From an uncultured Candidatus Saccharibacteria bacterium (GTDB lineage Bacteria > Patescibacteriota > Saccharimonadia > CAZBQI01): DNA of 49,776 nucleotides. A program made the translations under genes and the position numbers. The notes beneath the pieces were generated by a model. That model saw only the letters and a list, made by a program, of their open reading frames with translations. It was not told the DNA's origin and did not search any database. The stretch is from NCBI GenBank assembly GCA_964494105.1, contig CAZBQI010000006.1:1-49776 (forward strand), read 5' to 3'. Position 1 is the first letter of the stretch. Each line of letters starts with the position of its first letter. This document shows positions 8,793-17,832 of this stretch, in pieces.

Positions 8793-10084
8793 AAATACTC
8801 CTCATTATTCATATACATCTTTAAGACTTCCGGAATTTTCACTTTGCCCTCTTTGGTTTGATAGTTCTCAATTATAGCAATCATAGTGCGTCCCATAGCA
8901 AATGCAGTCGCATCATTCATATGTACAAATTTATTGCCTTCTGCTGACTTATAGCGAATATTCATGCGCCTGGCCTGAAAATCTGTCACTAGATCTGACG
9001 TTTGAGTTTCTCGGTAATTATTTTGCCCCGGCATCCAGGTCTCGATATCGAACTGACGGTAGTCTGGCTTGCCCATATCGCCTGACGATATAGCCACTAC
9101 TTGATACGCTAGGCCTAGCGAACTCATTAAGTATTCCTGAATAGCCACAAAAAATTTTTGTTCTTCCTCGGCTGACTCGGAATTGGTAAAACTTTCCATC
9201 TCGAGCTTATCGAACTGGTGTTGGCGCAAGATTCCCTTTACGTCCTTGCCGTAGCTCCCGGCCTCGCGCCGGAAGTTTGTTGAATACCCGACATATCTTA
9301 AAGGGAAATCTTTAGTATCAAGTATTTCATTCATGTGCATTGGCCCAAGCGCATGTTCAGCGCTACCGGCTAGCACCAGACCATCTTCATCGAAAATATA
9401 CTTGTCATCTTGTGGATCAAGCCTGCCGGTGGTCGCGAAAACTTCTTTTCGCACTAAAACCGGGGTTAACACCGGCACGAATGATTTGGCTGAAACTTTT
9501 AGATTAGCTTTTTGCGCAATCTCTGCCAACTGATTTTCTTCAGTTAAAACAGACAACGCATGGTTTATCAGTGCAAATTGTAGCTTTACTATGTTGCCGC
9601 GCAAAAAGCTACTTCGGCTACCAGCTACTTTTGCCCCACGCTCTAAATCAATCATCTCTTTCACTGCTGTAACATCGAAATGTTCTTTGGGTTCAAAATC
9701 GAATTTCGGCTTTTTGCCAACTTGCCTTACTACCACGTTGGCAGTTTCGTCTTTACCTATCGGTGTACCGTCAGAGTAAACATTCGGAACCTTGTTCCAG
9801 ATTGCATCGCGCTCAGACTTTGCCGTGTGATAGTCTGTTTCTAATTTTTCTAATTGTTCGCGTAATTCTTTACCTTTTTTAATGTCAACCTCTGAAGGTC
9901 TTTGACCCTTGGTGGATGATGCCAGCTCGTTTCTTTGTTGGCGAACTTCCTCTACTTTGGGCTGAAGCTCACTAGTTTTTTTATCGAGTTCAATAAGCTT
10001 GTCGACATCTACATCGACATTCTTGTTTTTGGCCGTCTCTTTAACCAACTCTGTATTTTCGCGTATATACGCTATATCTAACAT
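8789..10084 (-). CDS. serS: Serine--tRNA ligase
   Basis: MLDIAYIREN start, FRREAGSYGKDVKGILRQHQFDKLE, HMNDATAFA; TGA stop overlaps the hpf ATG. Confidence 0.98.
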   Translation of the reverse strand: MLDIAYIRENTELVKETAKNKNVDVDVDKLIELDKKTSELQPKVEEVRQQRNELASSTKGQRPSEVDIKKGKELREQLEKLETDYHTAKSERDAIWNKVPNVYSDGTPIGKDETANVVVRQVGKKPKFDFEPKEHFDVTAVKEMIDLERGAKVAGSRSSFLRGNIVKLQFALINHALSVLTEENQLAEIAQKANLKVSAKSFVPVLTPVLVRKEVFATTGRLDPQDDKYIFDEDGLVLAGSAEHALGPMHMNEILDTKDFPLRYVGYSTNFRREAGSYGKDVKGILRQHQFDKLEMESFTNSESAEEEQKFFVAIQEYLMSSLGLAYQVVAISSGDMGKPDYRQFDIETWMPGQNNYRETQTSDLVTDFQARRMNIRYKSAEGNKFVHMNDATAFAMGRTMIAIIENYQTKEGKVKIPEVLKMYMNNEEYL

Positions 10085-10103
10085 ATCTCTTATTCTAACG
10101 TAT

Positions 10104-11645
10104 CTAGGCCGTGAGTTTAAGGCGATTTATAAGCCAATCGTGGTCGAGTGACGATAAAAACCACCCGGCCTTGGGCCCGGAGTCTTGATTTAGTATAACT
10201 TTATACAGAGTTTGAAAAGCTTCTTTAGGCTCTAGGCCAGCCGTTTCTTTGGCTTCATATATTAGTTCGTGCATCTTCTGGCCGTCTACGCTCTTGGCAG
10301 ACTCTAAACTATCTGCCAGTGCAGTTAGAAATTGAGTTTGCATATCTGTTAAATTAAGTTCTGGCAATGCTTTTTGAACTTCAAACTTTACCTCGTCTGG
10401 GGCATAATTATTTAGCCAATTTGCCACATATTTTAGCTCGTGCTCGACTGATTTTTCGTCCACTGTATACCCTGTGCGTTCAAGTGCAGTAATCGCCTCA
10501 GTGCTGTTGCCTAAGGCAGCCTGGTATACGCTCACCAGATGATTAAACGGAATTGTAGTGATAGAAGACACAGACTTGTCATTAGCAACTTGCGTGGCAA
10601 ACTGGTAGGCTTCTTTAAAATCCGTGTCTTCTTTGTTTTGAACAGCCGCTTTTACCTTGGCGTATTCATCGATTAAGTTCATTAGCCCCAGCCCCGGGTC
10701 AAAGTGAATTTTACGCTCTGGCTTTGAGCGTACAACAAAATAGCGCAGTACTTCAGCTGGCATAATCTCTAGCGCTTGCTCTGGCGTAATCAAGTTACCT
10801 AAAGACGAGCTCATTTTTTTAGTTTCGCCAATTAAGTGAATTGGTTCGTACTGCGCTACCGGCAGCGGCGGTTCTATTTTAAACACTTGTCGGGCGAATT
10901 GAACACCTGTTTGGTAGGCGCTACCGGCCGAGGCCAGCTCGCGTCCAAATGGTTCTACCTGCACACCCAGCACCTTCCAGCGTGCCGGCCAATCTAAGCG
11001 CCAGTTGAGCTTAGCGTGTCCATCTCCGTAGCTTTTACCCTCTATGGTCTTACTAGCCTCGTCCCAGGCTTTAGCAGATGCGTTAAAGTACTTACTATCA
11101 TCGCCCAGCACTTGAATTGGCGTCCAATCGGGTTCGAGCTCACGGTTTGATACTTCTTTAAAGATCTTCCGTATTTCTTCCAAGTTTTCTAACACATCCT
11201 CGAAGCGCTCGATCATTTTGCCAGGAGCGTACAAGTCCTCGTAACTTTTAATTATTGTCGGGTTAATTCCAAGTCTGTGAATGTAGGTTTCGAATTCGCT
11301 ATAGAAGTGATCGGCATAGGTTTTGTGGCAATCCCCTATTGGATCGGGAATTAAGCACACCGGTTGGCCAACGTACTTTTCAAAGCTTTCCGGCAAAAAG
11401 CTGTAGCGTTTACGAAGCGGGTCGAAGTTATCGACAATGTGCAGGTGCTCAGCCTCACGACCGATTTGTTTAAGACCCCATGTGAGCGCATCGACAGTTA
11501 AAATCTCTCGAAAATGACCAATATGGTAACTAGCCGAGGGCGAAATGCCGCTGGAAAGAATTATCTTCCCCTTTGGAATTTTAGCGGTAATCTCAGCTAC
11601 TGCTTGGTCGAGCCAGTATTTGCTAGCTTGTGATTCGTTTGCCAT
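10104..11645 (-). CDS. lysK: Lysine--tRNA ligase, class I
   Basis: SGISPSASYHIGHFRE (HIGH), KLNWRLDWPARW, EPFG, KKMSSS, GPKAGWF. Confidence 0.95.
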   Translation of the reverse strand: MANESQASKYWLDQAVAEITAKIPKGKIILSSGISPSASYHIGHFREILTVDALTWGLKQIGREAEHLHIVDNFDPLRKRYSFLPESFEKYVGQPVCLIPDPIGDCHKTYADHFYSEFETYIHRLGINPTIIKSYEDLYAPGKMIERFEDVLENLEEIRKIFKEVSNRELEPDWTPIQVLGDDSKYFNASAKAWDEASKTIEGKSYGDGHAKLNWRLDWPARWKVLGVQVEPFGRELASAGSAYQTGVQFARQVFKIEPPLPVAQYEPIHLIGETKKMSSSLGNLITPEQALEIMPAEVLRYFVVRSKPERKIHFDPGLGLMNLIDEYAKVKAAVQNKEDTDFKEAYQFATQVANDKSVSSITTIPFNHLVSVYQAALGNSTEAITALERTGYTVDEKSVEHELKYVANWLNNYAPDEVKFEVQKALPELNLTDMQTQFLTALADSLESAKSVDGQKMHELIYEAKETAGLEPKEAFQTLYKVILNQDSGPKAGWFLSSLDHDWLINRLKLTA

Positions 11646-11656
11646 ATCTTAATAGT

Positions 11657-12121
11657 TTACGTGATCTTGACGATTTTGTAGCGGGTAGTGCCTGCTGGAA
11701 CCACAATATCTACCATTTCGCCCACAGTTTTACCCAAAAGAGCTTTGCCAATTGGAGATTCGTCGGATATTTTACCATTTTGTGGGTCGGATTCTAATGA
11801 ACCAACAACGCTATATTCAGCCTTTTTACTACCTTGCTCTAGATATACAGTAGAGCCAAGACGAACTTTGTCGGTCTTTTTGCTATCGGTAATTATCTTC
11901 ACGTTCTGGATAATGTGTTCGATTTCGTTCACGCGACCTTCGACAAACTTAAATTCGTCTTGAGCATTGGCCCAATCAGAATTTTCGCTTAAATCGCCTT
12001 GGTCTTTTGCTTCCTTTAGCTTGTTCGCCACATCAATACGACGGATTTTCAGCTCCTCTAGCTCACTTTTGAGCTCGTCTAATCCTGTTTGTGTAAGATG
12101 GTAATCTTTGTTCATACCCAT
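11657..12121 (-). CDS. greA: Transcription elongation factor GreA
   Basis: GDLSENSDW, ISDESPIGKALLG; SD GAGGAG upstream. Confidence 0.97.
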   Translation of the reverse strand: MGMNKDYHLTQTGLDELKSELEELKIRRIDVANKLKEAKDQGDLSENSDWANAQDEFKFVEGRVNEIEHIIQNVKIITDSKKTDKVRLGSTVYLEQGSKKAEYSVVGSLESDPQNGKISDESPIGKALLGKTVGEMVDIVVPAGTTRYKIVKIT

Positions 12122-12238
12122 CGTAATGGCTCCTCGCTAGAAAACATTAATTATGTTTTCTTATTACTTTTTTATTCGGCTAATTAGTTACTAAGAGCTG
12201 CCTTATAATAAGCAGCTCAAACGACCTTAACCGCTGGT

Positions 12239-12267
12239 ATTCTACCAAGTTTATTTGAGCCTGACAA
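12239..12267 (-). promoter_or_regulatory. sigma70-type promoter for greA giving a ~110-nt structured leader
   Basis: TTGTCA (12267-12262), 17 bp, TAGAAT (12244-12239); leader hairpins at 12195-12218 and 12139-12161. Confidence 0.65.
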
Positions 12268-12279
12268 ATCTACTAATAA

Positions 12280-14229
12280 CTAACGCCCGGCACCTGAATG
12301 GAAATACCAGCTCATAGTTTTGGCGATAGCCGGTGCTGCGTACTGCGAGCCTCCCTCGCCTTCTTCGAGTAAAACGCAGAAAGTTATTTTCGGATCATCA
12401 AATGGCGCAAAGGCAGTGTACCAAGCATGGGGTTTCTTTTTAGCACCGGGGTCGGTTTCGGCCGTACCACTTTTCCCTGCTACCGGCACCGGGACACCTG
12501 CAAATGTCGATACCGGTGTCGTTCCACCGATTACTTGTTTCATGCCTTCTCGAGCTATCTGCATATTGTATGGATCGATTTTTAAAGTAGACAGCGTTTT
12601 TGGTTGCTGGCTTTCTGGGGCATCAGCCGCTTTTGCAAAAACGTGTGGCTGGAGTATTTTGCCGCCATTCAAAAGCGAGGCCGTACTAACCGTCATTTGG
12701 AGTGGAGATGTAAGTAAGTCGCCCTGACCAATAGAGATGTTATATGTGTCACCAGTGGTCCAGTCTCGATTGTGTGTTGCCTTAAGCCAATCAGGGCTAG
12801 GCACCCGGCCATTAGTTTCGCCCGGCAAATCAATGCCGGTTAATTTACCTAAGCCAAACTTTCGGTACCAATCTGTAAGCTTTGTAACGCCTAGACCCTT
12901 GAAGTTCTTGTAGCCACCGCCAACCGTATAAAAATATATATCCGAACTCATAGCGACGGCTCGCCGTGCATTCATTGGCCCAAGGCCGTTCGGGTTCCAA
13001 CCGTTAAAAACATACTGTATGGATGGATCATAAACGTTTGGCACTACTAACTTACCATTGTCGACAATGGTAGTGTTTTCGTTCACTACGCCCTCTTGTA
13101 GCGCGGCCGACACATGCATTGGCTTTATAATTGAGCCGCTCGGATAGCTACCGCTAATGGCTTTGTTTTCAAGAGGCGAGAGCTTATCGCTGACTAACGA
13201 GGCATACTCGGCTTCACTAATACCGCTATTAAAAAGATTGTTGTCGTAACTCGGCAAGCTTACCATGGCGAGCACTTCCCCGGTTCGCGGGTCCATGGCG
13301 ACTCCGGAAGCTTTTTTAGCACCGGCATTCTTCATTTGTTCTTTCATGGCTGCCTCGAATTGCTGTTGTAAGCCGTAATCTATATTGAGAACAATGTCGC
13401 GCCCGGCTTGGGTTGCCTGCTGATTTAGTGTGCGTATAGGCTTACCAGTCGCATCGACCTCGGTGCGAACCAAGCCGTTTCGGCCACGCAGAATTACGTC
13501 GTACTGAGCCTCTATGCCATCCTTCCCTACAAAATCTACCGGTAATAGCTCGGGGCGGTTTTTCAATTCCGCCTCTCCAACTCTACTTACATAACCAAGT
13601 ATTTGCGCTAGCCCAGGCTTGTATTGTCGCGTTGGCACTTCGTCAAGGCTAAACCCCCTTAGTTCGGGTATATCTTGCTCAATAATAAGTGCCGCTTGGT
13701 AGTCTAGATGATCTTTAATTAGCAACGGCTGAGTATAATCGGATCCTTTAACCTCGGCCTTTGCTTTTATATCCTCAATAGATGTGGACAACAATTTGCT
13801 TATTTGGGCATAGGCGTCATCGCGTTTCGTTTTGTCTTTTGGCAATAGGTATGGTGTAACAGAAAGTTGAAAAGTTGCCGTGTTAGTAGCCAATTCTACG
13901 CCGTGTCTATCTAGTATTCTACCCCGTTGCGCATAACTCACACGCTCACGAACTCGGTTTCCTTCTGCCAGTCCTTGGTATCGCGAACTATTTACGATTT
14001 GCAGATTAAACAACTGGTAGCTAACCATAAAGAAAAACAATGCGAACACCGCCACTACTATTCCAAGTGGTCGGTGATTTAGGTCTTCTTCTACTTTCGC
14101 TCCTCTATGCCCAGCCGGTAGGAGATTTTCGTTCCATGCTTTTCCAGAATCGCTCTTTCGTAGTATTCCCGCACTGCGACCTTTCGGTATTTCAACTGAT
14201 GATATGCTAAATTTGTTGCTTTTACTCAT
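12280..14229 (-). CDS. mrdA: Penicillin-binding protein 2 (class B transpeptidase)
   Basis: RGRILDRHG, SxxK (SIIK), SxD (SSD), KSG (AGKSGTAE), HAWYTAFAP; follows mreBCD. Confidence 0.95.
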   Translation of the reverse strand: MSKSNKFSISSVEIPKGRSAGILRKSDSGKAWNENLLPAGHRGAKVEEDLNHRPLGIVVAVFALFFFMVSYQLFNLQIVNSSRYQGLAEGNRVRERVSYAQRGRILDRHGVELATNTATFQLSVTPYLLPKDKTKRDDAYAQISKLLSTSIEDIKAKAEVKGSDYTQPLLIKDHLDYQAALIIEQDIPELRGFSLDEVPTRQYKPGLAQILGYVSRVGEAELKNRPELLPVDFVGKDGIEAQYDVILRGRNGLVRTEVDATGKPIRTLNQQATQAGRDIVLNIDYGLQQQFEAAMKEQMKNAGAKKASGVAMDPRTGEVLAMVSLPSYDNNLFNSGISEAEYASLVSDKLSPLENKAISGSYPSGSIIKPMHVSAALQEGVVNENTTIVDNGKLVVPNVYDPSIQYVFNGWNPNGLGPMNARRAVAMSSDIYFYTVGGGYKNFKGLGVTKLTDWYRKFGLGKLTGIDLPGETNGRVPSPDWLKATHNRDWTTGDTYNISIGQGDLLTSPLQMTVSTASLLNGGKILQPHVFAKAADAPESQQPKTLSTLKIDPYNMQIAREGMKQVIGGTTPVSTFAGVPVPVAGKSGTAETDPGAKKKPHAWYTAFAPFDDPKITFCVLLEEGEGGSQYAAPAIAKTMSWYFHSGAGR

Positions 14230-14729
14230 AGTTGCATTCCTAGGTTTTTTTGCGCACTGAATTTTCTACCTAAATATTCGTTTGCTAATAACATCACCAG
14301 CGACGTTATTATGGCTTGTGAACACCATATAAATAATATAGCGGACAAGCCACCCCATCCCACCACTCCTGGGTTAATCGTCAATAATTTGCTTGCACTA
14401 ATTAGAATGGTGCTTATTGCAGAAAAAGCAACTAGGCTTGGCCTAAAATTGAAATCAGCACCGGCAGATCGAACAAATACTATCGCTAACACGAGCAAGC
14501 TGTAGGTTATTATGTTTAGGCCAAAATGGCTGACACTAGCTAAGTCCAGCCATAATCCCGCCCAAATTGCCATAGCCAAAGCAAAGTGAGTACTTCGGTT
14601 TAGCGCAATTAGAATTACCAAGACCAACACCAAATTTGGTACTAAGAAATCCACCCCCATTGCACTTAAAAACCATGCCTGCCAAACCGCAACTAGCCAG
14701 ACCATAAATATTATTGGGCCTTTATTCAT
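14226..14729 (-). CDS. mreD: Rod shape-determining protein MreD
   Basis: Polytopic membrane protein with PNLVLVLV and GLWLD motifs, between mreC and mrdA. Confidence 0.8.
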   Translation of the reverse strand: MNKGPIIFMVWLVAVWQAWFLSAMGVDFLVPNLVLVLVILIALNRSTHFALAMAIWAGLWLDLASVSHFGLNIITYSLLVLAIVFVRSAGADFNFRPSLVAFSAISTILISASKLLTINPGVVGWGGLSAILFIWCSQAIITSLVMLLANEYLGRKFSAQKNLGMQL

Positions 14730-15538
14730 TAGTTTGAGGTTATTATTCTAACTAGTTTTAAGCTGGAAGGTTCATATGGCAATTTTAGCTGGGCAACATT
14801 AAATATACTTTCGCCGGGGCGTTTTACGCTACTGACCTCCCCTACAATTAATCCACTGGGAAATTCACCACCAAGCCCGCTGGTGATAATTATGTCGCCC
14901 TTGTTGACGGTTTTATCGCGTGGGATTCTTTCCATATTTACGCTACCGCCGATTTGGCCCGCAACGATGCCCGGAGCTCTGGTTTTTTGATCAATTACTA
15001 CCGCGCGAAAATTAGCGTCGTTCACCAAAAGCACACTTGCACTCCGCGCACTAACCCCGTATATTCTACCCACTAAATTGCCCTCATCAATTACAACCTG
15101 ACCTTTCTTTATTCCGTCATTAGCACCACGATTTATTTGAATAAGTTGTCTTACGCTATCTGGCTGATAGCCAATTACATCAGCTCCCACCAAGGTGCGC
15201 TGGTTTTTAGATGAATAATTGAGCTCTTTGCGCAATTCGGCATTTTCAGTCTTGAGCTCACGAAGCTCAGCTAGTTCTTTCATTAGCTGAGCATTTTGTT
15301 GTTCTAGATTTTGGTTGGCTTTATTTAATGTACCAAGAGACCCAATTTCGCTGAGAAACCCCCCGGCTCGCTGGCCTAATTTTGTTAGCGGACTGCTAAT
15401 CGGTCGAGCGATATCCCTACCGACATCCGCAACCGGCAACCAACCGAGCATATTTAAGGCAATTAAGAAAACAATGGCTCCCACCAAAATAGCAAAGGTC
15501 CGCTTAGAGTTGTTTTTAGTATGTTTAATTGTACTCAT
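14729..15538 (-). CDS. mreC: Rod shape-determining protein MreC
   Basis: TM + coiled coil (LKTENAELRKEL), INRGANDGI, ITSGLGGEFPSGLIVG. Confidence 0.95.
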   Translation of the reverse strand: MSTIKHTKNNSKRTFAILVGAIVFLIALNMLGWLPVADVGRDIARPISSPLTKLGQRAGGFLSEIGSLGTLNKANQNLEQQNAQLMKELAELRELKTENAELRKELNYSSKNQRTLVGADVIGYQPDSVRQLIQINRGANDGIKKGQVVIDEGNLVGRIYGVSARSASVLLVNDANFRAVVIDQKTRAPGIVAGQIGGSVNMERIPRDKTVNKGDIIITSGLGGEFPSGLIVGEVSSVKRPGESIFNVAQLKLPYEPSSLKLVRIITSN

Positions 15539-15555
15539 CTCACCCCAACCCTTAA

Positions 15556-16596
15556 CTATTCTCTTAACTGCGACGAAACTAAAATTGATTTATACTTTTC
15601 CATATCTTCCAGAATTAGCCCCGTCCCTTGTACGACACTTGAAAGCGGATCGTCAGCAACGTAAACGGGCATTTTAGTTTCGGTAGCAATTAGTCTATCT
15701 AGCTGATGTAGCAAGGCCCCGCCACCAGCCAGGATTATTCCGCGCTCCATGATGTCTCCCACTAGCTCGGGAGGTGTCTCTTCCAAGGTAACTTTAACGG
15801 CTTCAACAATAGTGCGAACGTTTTTGGCTAGCGCCATCCGTATTTGATCGGAAGTTACCTGGACTTCTTTTGGCAATCCAGTAACCAAATCGCGACCTCG
15901 CACCGGCATGCTTTTTACTTTTTTTGTCGGATAAGCACTGCCAATACTTATTTTTATATTCTCGGCGGTGCTTTCACCGATATGTAAATTAAACTCATCA
16001 CGCATGTATTGCATCACTACTTCAGATAACTCATCGCCCGCAATGCGCAAACTTTTCGACACCACAATACCACCCAGTGAAATAACCGCTACTTCGGCAG
16101 TTCCCCCACCAATATCAACTATCATGCTGCCTTTGGCCTCGGTAATTGGCAACCTACAGCCAACAGCCGCGGCCATCGGCTCCTCTACCAGGTAGGTACT
16201 TCGTGCCCCGGCGCTTTTGCTGGCATTTTCGACTGCGCGCTTTTCGACATCCGTAACACCCGAAGGAATACCTACCACCACTCGTGGCCTTTGCCAAAGT
16301 ACAAAATACTGCGAATGAATCTGCGCAATGAAATACCTAAGCATTTGTTCTGTAATTTCAAAATCACTTACTACCCCATCAACCAGCGGACGTGCTGCCA
16401 GTATTGAATTGGGTGTTTTACCAATCATCTCTTTTGCCTTATGGCCGATCTCGATAACTTGTTTTGTTTTCGTAATTATCGCTACCACGCTTGGCTCGTT
16501 AATCACTACCCCATGACCGCGCACATAAACCAGCGTGTTTGCCGTGCCAAGGTCAATACCAATATCGTGCGACCAATTGCGCCAGAATGCTTTCAT
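15556..16596 (-). CDS. mreB: Actin-like rod shape protein MreB
   Basis: IGIDLGTANTLVY, EEPMAAAVG, VDIGGGT, LAGGGALL. Confidence 0.99.
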   Translation of the reverse strand: MKAFWRNWSHDIGIDLGTANTLVYVRGHGVVINEPSVVAIITKTKQVIEIGHKAKEMIGKTPNSILAARPLVDGVVSDFEITEQMLRYFIAQIHSQYFVLWQRPRVVVGIPSGVTDVEKRAVENASKSAGARSTYLVEEPMAAAVGCRLPITEAKGSMIVDIGGGTAEVAVISLGGIVVSKSLRIAGDELSEVVMQYMRDEFNLHIGESTAENIKISIGSAYPTKKVKSMPVRGRDLVTGLPKEVQVTSDQIRMALAKNVRTIVEAVKVTLEETPPELVGDIMERGIILAGGGALLHQLDRLIATETKMPVYVADDPLSSVVQGTGLILEDMEKYKSILVSSQLRE

Positions 16597-16639
16597 AGTC
16601 TCTCTAGTTTATCAGCCCCTAGTAGCGACAACCAGGTGA

Positions 16640-16987
16640 TTAATCGGATTTATCAATAAACCGCACGTGCACTTCGTCAGCTTCGTTCCAGGTCGGGGTA
16701 GAAACCAGAGCCAATCGCATTTTGCCCAGGTAATAACACTTGGTATTTGGCTTTATGACAACCATGTCCCCGCGCGTTACCGACGTTGGTTTTCCGTCTA
16801 AATAGAATTCTCCGTAACCATCAATCACATAGTAAAGTAATGTGCTTTTTTTGTTATAAAACTCCTCGAAGTGACCCTTTTCTACCTCAATATATACAAG
16901 CTCTGCGCCAGCTGTTTTACTGTCATAAGCCCAGAGGTTTATACCGTGTTTACTTTTGGCAATTGCGTCGTCTTCAGGTATCTTCAT
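16640..16987 (-). CDS. Cupin domain protein
   Basis: HFEEFYN...LLYYVIDGYG...GDMVVIKPNTK cupin pattern; start placed at 16987 from the ATGA overlap with the upstream stop. Confidence 0.8.
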   Translation of the reverse strand: MKIPEDDAIAKSKHGINLWAYDSKTAGAELVYIEVEKGHFEEFYNKKSTLLYYVIDGYGEFYLDGKPTSVTRGDMVVIKPNTKCYYLGKMRLALVSTPTWNEADEVHVRFIDKSD

Positions 16988-17763
16988 AGTTTCTGAAGCC
17001 ATTTTACTATAATTTTTTTAACTTCTGCTAGGTGATGGGGCTGTATGTAGCTATGCCCGGATCCTTCAATTATATGAATCTCTTTAATTCTTGATGCACT
17101 AGCATCCATCAGCAACTTTTGGTGTTCAAATGGCGTGCCGTCATCTTTGCTCCCAACAATAAATAAGAGTGGCATGGTTAGTGTTTTAGCCTGTGTTAGA
17201 AGGTCGTATTTTAATCTGTCTTCTAGCTCGGCATAGTAAACTTTTTTAGTCCCTGGGGCAGTTTGTCTTTCTTCTTCAAAAAAGCCATCGCGTTTCCATT
17301 TTTCTAGATCGATGCCACGATTTACTTTGGATTGTTTTGATAGCTCACCAGATACCACAGTTGATAGAGGTGCTAAACCTTTTACTTTCTCAGGGTATTG
17401 CTCGGCGTACAAGCCGACACTTATACCACCCAAGCTGTGGCCGATTAATACGAACGGCTCTATGTACCAGCTTTGTGTCTTTGCCCAAGCTATTACATCC
17501 TCGAGATCCGCATAGTAGCTAGTTACAGATGCGTATTTAAGGTCGCCACCACTTTCACCAATTGTATTAGCCGCATCCCAACGCACTGCGGAGTACCCAG
17601 ACTCATTACAAGCCTGGGCGAACGTCTCCATCTGTGGCTGGTACTTGTCGCCGCTCAGTCCATGCGCAATAAAGGCAATTCCCGTGGCGTTTTCAACCAA
17701 GTCAAGCACGCCAACTAGCTCTACCCCATCACGATTTTTAATACGAAACTTCTTGGATTTCAT
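16984..17763 (-). CDS. Alpha/beta fold hydrolase
   Basis: AHGLSG oxyanion motif, GHSLGG nucleophile elbow, GSKDD acid, GSGHS His. Confidence 0.92.
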   Translation of the reverse strand: MKSKKFRIKNRDGVELVGVLDLVENATGIAFIAHGLSGDKYQPQMETFAQACNESGYSAVRWDAANTIGESGGDLKYASVTSYYADLEDVIAWAKTQSWYIEPFVLIGHSLGGISVGLYAEQYPEKVKGLAPLSTVVSGELSKQSKVNRGIDLEKWKRDGFFEEERQTAPGTKKVYYAELEDRLKYDLLTQAKTLTMPLLFIVGSKDDGTPFEHQKLLMDASASRIKEIHIIEGSGHSYIQPHHLAEVKKIIVKWLQKL

Positions 17764-17832
17764 AAATTGAGACTCCCACTACATTGTAAGCTATTTTTAG
17801 AATTGCGATGTTCGCATCAGCGCAACAAAACT

